Shown: positions 33,595 through 40,686 of the stretch, one piece after another
Layout of the letters: every line of letters starts with the position of its first letter
How positions within the stretch are numbered: position 1 is the first letter of the stretch
DNA from: Macrostomum lignano
Lineage: Eukaryota
Direction: 5' to 3'
Length of the DNA stretch: 40,686 bases
Assembly: GCA_002269645.1 (NCBI GenBank)
Contig: NIVC01002137.1
Coordinates: 160,721-201,406, forward strand
Notes under the pieces: generated by a model
What the model saw: the letters and a program-made list of their open reading frames with translations, nothing else
Told to the model about the DNA's origin: nothing
The model's database searches: none
Translations under genes and position numbers: made by a program

Positions 33595-34557
33595 TGAAGT
33601 ACTTATGGTCGTCTCGGGGTTGTCTCGAGGTGGCCTGGTAGGTCTTTGAATCCCACCTCTCCCACCAATGTTGTACCTGTGCTTCTCCTGCTGTCTGGCA
33701 CAGTGATTTGGGCTCTCCGTCTTCTCAACCGGAAGCCTTCTATTAGCTCTTAGTAGCGTAGGTAGTGCTGCCACCAGTTCCTTCATTCAGGTCTCGGCCT
33801 TCGGTGAGGTGAGCTTCCCGTCGGAACGAAATAAACGAGTCAACGAACTCAGAACAGCGTGCAGATTTGCAGATTAATGAACAAGGCGTCCTGGTCAGCA
33901 GATCCCGCCGGGCTCAGGGGGTGGCTGGGAAGGCAGTTCTAGCCTCCCTTAGGCTTGGGCGTCTTGGGCGTCTGGACAAATCCCTGACTGAACCAAGGGT
34001 GAGGGGCACGTATTTATAGGCAGGAAATCCCCGCCGCACCAGTGTGCGCCGGACCTCGTGACTCTGGTCTATTTTTAGAACTGACGTCACTCTCTGCCTT
34101 AGAGAAGGCAGGGTCTGCGGGTAAAGTGCACAGGGCCGCATGACTCAGTATCTATTTTTAGAAACATGAGTCACCTATTACCTTAGAGAAGGCAAGGGCC
34201 CCGAAGCACGTGATTCCTCCTGTAAACACGGGCCAATAAGTACAGTAAACATGTTTACTGCACTTTAGGACTTTGAGAAAACAAGACTTGTCAGGTGACT
34301 TGCTAGCCACATGACAAGGGAAGCAGGCCACCAGTTTGACCTCAGGACAGGAACGAAACGCAGAGCAGGCCACAGCAGAGAAGCTCGTGGCTGCAAGCAA
34401 GAGCGCAGAGAAGAGGGGGGCGCCAGAGTCCAGAGAACAGGCAGCAAAAGGGGAGGGAGGCTGCCCAGCGGCAGACAGCAACCCAGGGCGAGGGCGAGGG
34501 CGAAGGAAGCTGCTGACAATAATGCGACGCCTAACACCAAACTAGCGGATCACTACA
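33595..34557 (-). mobile_element. Solo LTR (963 bp), diverged member of the same gypsy family, with 4-bp TSD CTAT
   Basis: The minus strand starts TGTAGTGATCCGCTAG and ends GTACTTCA. CTAT is at 33591-33594 and 34558-34561. It shares U3 motifs and the R/U5 block with the LTRs at 2540 and 10452. Confidence 0.93.
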
Positions 34558-35534
34558 CTATTCTGAAATAAAAGATACAAGAAAACTGATTGGAGTAGCT
34601 TTAATACGTTCAACCCTCGCACACCGCTCCCCCCACTTCATTCGATCCTCAACTCATTGTGCATCCGAAAATGTTTATATACCAATCAATGCTAACTGTC
34701 ATGAGCACTAAGCTGTCTTCTCCACAGCTAACTGTCTCTTCATCGCTATTATCAGCAGAAAGCTAATTGTCACCAGAGCGAACGGTCTCCACTGCAAATG
34801 AAAATACTTGATATCAAAATATCAAAAAGGCTGGGGTAGGACAACCCCCCCCCCCTAGATAAGCAGGCTGTAGGGTGGCGTGAGCTAACGTACACAAAAA
34901 TATGATTTTCATGCACGGACAAAAACTAGAATTCGTAAGTCGATATATTCGTGTTTGAAGGTAATATATGTACTAATAGATCCCTTCATGAAAATGGCTA
35001 TGCTGATATTACAGATGGAGACAGTTAGCGTTGGAGACTTTGCGCTAGCGTCAGTAGCTGTCGCGCTGATATACCACCCAAAAGCATCGAGAGTGCACAT
35101 GCCTGACGATTGGAAAGTCAGGGCCGATGTACACCCTGTGTGAGCAATTGTGGTTGTGGGTCAATGTCGCCAAAAGCGTTCTGCCAGGGATAATGCTGAA
35201 CTTGTAGAAAAAAAATCTGTGGGATATGGGATAGCATGGCAGAAGATTCCTAGGATAAACTAGCAATCTAGTGCCCCCCTTCGTGGCGCCGAACAATTAT
35301 TCATGCAAATCCATTAAAGAAGCACATTTTCTTGAAAACCGCGATTCTTTCTTCGGTTTATAAATCACCTTATATTTGAGTAAAATTGTCATGGACAAAG
35401 ATGTCTGCTATGAATCTCTTGTCTAAAAGTAATAAAAGTACACAACAAAATAAAGCCTTCACAAAGATAATAGGCGTTCCCCCTAAGTAGAAAGCATTCC
35501 CTAGACGGCAAGCATCGCCCACCCACCCCCCACC

Positions 35535-36040
35535 GAGATAGCAAGCATCCCCAGATAGCAAGCATCCCCAGATAGATCCCCCAGATAGCAAGCATCCCCC
35601 AGATAGCAAGCATCGCCCAGATAGCAAGCATCCCCAGATAGCAAGCATCCCCCAGATAGCAAGCATCCCCCAGATAGCAAGCATCCCCCAGATAGCAAGC
35701 ATCCCCCAGATAGCAAGCATCCCCCAGATAGCAAGCATCCCCCAGATAGCAAGCATCCCCCAGATAGCAAGCATCCCCCAGATAGCAAGCATCCCCCAGA
35801 TAGCAAGCATCCCCCAGATAGCAAGCATCCCCCAGATAGCAAGCATCCCCCAGATAGCAAGCATCCCCAGATAGCAAGCATCCCCCAGATAGCAAGCATC
35901 CCCCAGATAGCAAGCATCCCCCAGATAGCAAGCATCCCCCAGATAGCAAGCATCCCCCAGATAGCAAGCATCCCCCAGATAGCAAGCATCCCCCAGATAG
36001 CAAGCATCCCCCAGATAGCAAGCATCCCCAAATAGCAAGT
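35535..36040 (+). repeat. Homogeneous 18-bp minisatellite (AGATAGCAAGCATCCCCC) x about 28
   Basis: Seen directly; explains the GDACYL, GMLAIW and GCLLSG repetitive ORFs. Confidence 0.97.
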
Positions 36041-37109
36041 ACCCTCCGATAGCAATAAATTATATTAAGGTATATTATAAACCGAGATGGAAACTGCTTC
36101 AGGTAGAATTCAGCTGCATCCAGAATCCACGAAACAGGGCATCTGCGCTCGTGCAACAGCAGCTCCGATTCTGCTTGATTATGCGAAATGAACCCAAGGA
36201 CTACTCAAGCAGAATGACGGGAAACTACATTTCCTGGAAATTTTTAGAAGGCAGGCTCTGCCGAATAAATACATGTACATTACTGGGAATGAACGCGGTT
36301 TTCAGTTTATAGGCACAAAATTTGTTACTTTTGATAGGACGCAGACCCAATGCTCGTCTTCTGATAATGACATTCGTAGGCTCTTTGTTTGAAAACAATT
36401 AGGATTCTGTGATGTTAACTTTTTATGTTACTACATGTCCTGTGCCTAAATATCCGAAAAATGGCAAACAGCTTGATTCATTCGCTTTATGAATCTATAT
36501 TTACTCATACTTACTACGCTCGTGCAATGATTCAAGCATTCCGAAAAATGAGACCATTGTGAACTAGACTAAGTAGCTTTTCTCAGAAATATTAGCCTAG
36601 TATAATTAAAGCCTTTTATTCTTAACAAGAAGCTCTACAAAAATCAATGGAGCTATAAGAAAAGAAAAGGGCTGGAATTGTGAAACGATGTCGCTGAAGA
36701 TGTTGCGCCTGGATGCCCGCAGCCCTCCGGTGAATATTTGCATCTACTTATTAATTCGCTTGCAATCAGCGAAGCTGCGTACGTGTGTGTGGTATTAGAT
36801 TATTTGCTGACGCCTGACAGGTATTTATTCATAGTTGACAAAAACAGCTAACAATGCGCTAAAACACATCTAGTGCGATTTTGCAACACTTACATACGAG
36901 CTGGTCCCTCAACGAGTTTTGTTTAGTTTCGAACTGAACTTGTCAACGGGTGAACTTCAAACTCAACTGTGTTGTACACTGCAACAATCACTGGTAAAAG
37001 CAGGAAAACTCCTATTCCAATAAGAACATATCAAATAAAATCGACAACGAAGCGACATTAATTATATCGGGTGTAAGAAACTGAAAATTTTCAGTTTAGA
37101 TGAACTTGC

Positions 37110-38227
37110 TCAATCATCAATTGTTTCAACGGTAACAACGACATTCGGGTTCATCAGAGCGACCTCCAGATGCTGCTGCTGCTGATGGCACTGCTGCTGC
37201 TGCCCAGAAGCTCTGCGAGGTCGGTCGTCCGCCTGCCGATGGTTGTCGTTGCGATTCAGCCGGTCAGACCAGCGCTGCGGCAGGCAGCGGCTCAGGCAGC
37301 GGCTCAGGCCCTGGCGGAACGGCTTGTTGTACCAGGCGTACAGCACGGGATTGCAGGCGCTGTTCAGGTAGCCCAGCAGAGTTGAGCAGTGCGACGTGAG
37401 CCACAGGACTCGGTACGATTTGATGACCCCGCCAAGTTCAGCGCCACGTGGATCCAGTGCGGTAGGGTGCAGACGGTGTACAGCAGGATCACAGCCGCCA
37501 CCATGAGGGTCACGCGGCCAAAGCGCCTCTGAGCGGCCTGGGCGCCAGCAGTTGTGGCCTGAGACTGGTTGAGCAGCTTCCTGATGAGCATACCGTAGAA
37601 CACCGCGAGCAGGAGGAGCGGCACGGCGAACCCGACGGTGAAAGCGCAAGCCGAGAAGATCATCGGGTCCTGCACGAGGCTCTGAAGGACGTCTAAGAAG
37701 GCGTCGGAGCGGTTGAGCTTCGGCGCAAAGTGGCCGCAGCTGTAGAGGACCTTCAAGTCCGTGCCGTTCAGCAGCCACGCATTGGCTGTGACGCTGGTGA
37801 GGAACCCGATGGGGCTCACGAGGAGGCCGCTCAGGATCCACAGGCCCAGCGTGAGGCCCCAGGCGAACCGGCGGTTGCGGAGGCTGCCGGAGCGCTCAGG
37901 CATCGCCACGGCAACGAACCGATCGAATCCCAGAGCGGTGATGATGAAGATGCTGGCGGTCCAGTTCGTGTAGTGGATCATGTAGTTCATCTTGCACAGG
38001 GCCGTTCCCCACAGCCAGCTGTTCACGGTTGCTAGGCGGATGAGCGGCACAATGGAGACGAGATGGAGCAGGTCGGCCACAGCCAAGTTAGCCAGGTAGA
38101 CGTTGATCACCTTGTGCGCCGTTTTCTGAGTCACCGCAGCGATGAGCACTGCAGCGTTGCCCAGCAGGCCCGCGGCGAACACGACTCCAAGGAGCTTGGC
38201 GAAGTGCTTGTACCAGAAGGCGAACAT
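37110..38227 (-). CDS. Intronless class A (rhodopsin-like) peptide GPCR, somatostatin/allatostatin-C/opioid receptor-like; one apparent 1-nt frameshift near 37428; start uncertain
   Basis: GLLGN (TM1), NLAVAD (TM2), ECL1 W..G..LC, DRF, GFAVP (TM5), CTLPHW (TM6) and NSACNPVLY (TM7, in the adjacent frame). Adding one G to the GGGG run joins the two ORFs. Confidence 0.9.
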
Positions 38228-39059
38228 GGTGTCGCTTTGCTGCTCTGCTCCAGACACTGGGATCAGGGGATAGCGGGTTGCAGAGCATTATTGATATGCG
38301 CTGGGAAGACAATCTGAGACGCCATTGGTCGGCAGGCATTGGCTGCAGCGAGGCCCAGACCGCCTCCGCGCTGTCTTTCCTTTTCGAGGACAGCCTGCTG
38401 TCATTCGCTGGAGCTCCTGAAAGAGCACAGAACTCGGAATTGTATTGACAACTCCCAAATAACAACAAAGCGAAGAAAGGACGCTTCCAATTTTTAAAAA
38501 CTACGCTCTATAATCTAAGACCTAATTTTCCTCTGTGGTTTTTGCTCTAGATCATGCTGCTTTAATAAGTCTAATTGCGCACTCTTACGCTTGTTTGTTT
38601 TAGCCTGCGTACGTATAGCAGGACGAGCCCTGAAACACGAGAGCTGAACACTGCTGTTAAATCCAATTAGTGAGATAATGCCACGCGGGAACGTGCAAGA
38701 GGGAACGCTCTCCGGTATCTGCATGTTGAACAAACTCTCAAAGGTCATCACAATCGAAATCAAATGGCGACCGTTCGCGTGATTTGATGGCTCAGCTGAT
38801 GGCGGTGAGAATGAGTCTGTCTATAGAATTAATTGCCCGCCCGAGAATTGCCCGTGTAATATCTCGAATCAGTTCCAAACGTCAAAGTTTTTTAAAAGGG
38901 GTTCTGGGTCTGGATTCGTAACATGTACTTTTATATACATACTACTAAGTAACGTAGCAATATCAATAGCAGCTGATGGCACTGCATGTCTTTTGACAAT
39001 GACGCCCTCACGAGGGTGTACATGTACAGCCTGCATGGTCTGTAAACTCAGATACTCCA

Positions 39060-39215
39060 AAATACATCTGGGAGGTAAATAGAACTGGGAGGCTGGCCCA
39101 ACAACTGACGCTCTGGAAGGCTGACCAGCAACTGCATGGGGATCTGGGAGGCTGGCACAGCAACTGGGGATCTGGGAGGCTGGCTTAACAACTGAGGATC
39201 TGGGAAGATTGGCTC
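39060..39215 (+). repeat. Degenerate repeat of about 28-30 bp (GGATCTGGGAGGCTGGC...CAACTG) x about 5
   Basis: Seen directly. Confidence 0.7.
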
Positions 39216-40686
39216 AAAAAAACTAAAGGTCTGCAAAAGTGTCCCTGTTACTTTCGCTTATTTTTGGTCAAAGCAGTACGACAATATACCCGCTATTTAC
39301 AGTGTATAGTATTGCAGTTAGCATCGGCATTAAGCCTATTCGTAGGCGTTTCAAATTCCTTTTAACGCGATCTGTAGGCTGACTAAAATTATAATTATTA
39401 TCCGTAATCAAAAAATTCAAGTATAAAGAAAAAATCAAGTATAATTTTGTTACATGCTGATGTCCGGAATGAAAGAATTCCAAGAAAGGGGTTGTGGAGA
39501 ACTCGAGAATGCATGGAATTAAAATTTCGATTAGATCATCTCACTATCTCTCAGTAATCTTGGTCCATCTAAGGAGGCAAACTTTTTGGCGCCGCTAGGT
39601 GGAAGATAGACAAAGCATTAATTGCAGGCGTGCCCAGCTGACCTGTCCACCGCCCCGGTCTCATTAAAACCGCTTAGCGCCGCGAACTGCCTTACTTCTG
39701 TAGTTGAGTCTTAAAAAGTCGATATACATGTAAAATTCCATCTTACCGTGTCTCTTCAAGTTATCAAGTGTAAGCCATGAATAACCCAATTAGCCATTTA
39801 ATTTAATTGCCTACAATTGTTGCCACTATAGCGAATTCAGCTGGATGCGCTTTCCACACGGGACGCGAGGAACGGTTGAGCTGACTAGCGCAGATAGCTT
39901 CTTGTTTTGAGCATATGTTGAAAAAAAAACCAGAATGCTTGAGGGCGTCATTTCCAATGGCTAGTATCTTGAGTAGTCTAAATCATAACAATACGTTCGT
40001 TAAAATAATATTTGATTACACCTGCCCTAATAGGTAGATGAGCAACCGACAGCTCAGCGCAGCTTTTTGAGCGGCGCATCTAAAGGCTGCGTACGGCTGT
40101 TCAGTCCAAGGACACAAGGACTGGGGGATCGCCGCACCCTCAATTTACCCAGGTAATGATGGCACCTATTTTATAGCTGGGTGAACTGAATCAATTACTG
40201 TACTCTACTACTGTGGCTCTACTACAGTGGTCCTTGGCTACAACCCTGCATGTGAGTAGACACAAATGCACATATGCATTTACATGTAGCTTTAGCATTT
40301 ATGGACATTGCTACGTGATCTCTTCGGGAGGCCCTTGGAAACACAAAAATTTGACAGCCTGCCATTTGAAGTTCCTTAAGCAAGGCAAAATTTTTCGCAA
40401 GTCATAACTATTCAAAGTCGAGTCTTAATATATGGAAATGTTTCCTTTCAAAAGTTTCTGTTCTGTGTAAATTAATAAATAAATATGATGAATAGTTACG
40501 AGCGTAGAAAAATATGGCTTCCTAGAAACGAAGCGACCACAGATCTAGAAGATCCCCTGGATAAAGTTATAATATTCTCGTATGTAATATTATAAAATTA
40601 GCCGAGCTGGTTTGCATAAAGTGGCTTGCAACTAGTCAGAACGGAGGGCTCGCGCATATTATAACGCAGAACGCAGCATCGCAAGA

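Noticed and set aside
25860-36040. Regular short repeats as CRISPR-like arrays
   Set aside because: Units are contiguous with no unique spacers, there are no cas genes, and the context is eukaryotic.
30804-36156. Long repetitive ORFs (HQETGA, APLSLGV, GDACYL and similar; also at 16.7, 17.9, 23.7, 24.9, 25.9 and 27.2 kb)
   Set aside because: They are translations of stop-free minisatellites, open in several frames at once, and many lie in introns.
1-40686. Hammerhead ribozyme cores, spliced-leader RNA gene, rRNA or tRNA genes
   Set aside because: CTGATGA hits lack flanking helices and a GAAA partner, and no SL, rRNA or full tRNA sequence was recognised by eye. An Infernal/tRNAscan search would be needed to exclude them.

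Overview
Eukaryotic (metazoan) genomic DNA. GC-rich exons, minisatellite-filled introns and Ala/Gly-rich proteins suggest a free-living flatworm such as Macrostomum, but that is a guess. Bases 1-11506 hold a head-to-tail tandem of a young Ty3/gypsy LTR retrotransposon sharing one LTR: partial pol, LTR, full gag-pol, LTR. It lies in sense orientation just upstream of three downstream exons of a GIPC PDZ-protein gene (13566-15648), probably inside a GIPC intron. Next come a decayed Penelope-like RT (about 18.7-19.85 kb, minus strand) and a 7-exon PAXBP1/GCFC-family gene (23232-28383) with no in-frame ATG on its first visible exon. Further right are several MITEs, a diverged solo LTR of the same gypsy family with a 4-bp TSD (33595-34557, minus), many minisatellites and an intronless class A peptide GPCR (37110-38227, minus). 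Almost all frameshifts are single-base losses in short homopolymers and look like long-read consensus errors. The most unusual signals are: stacked tRNA-Leu PBS-like motifs and a doubled terminus inside the LTR U5; a modular AP-1/CRE-MEF2 enhancer in U3; a possible dependence of PAXBP1 on a spliced-leader AUG; and RFX X-box-like arrays in and after GIPC. All alignments and counts were done by eye.
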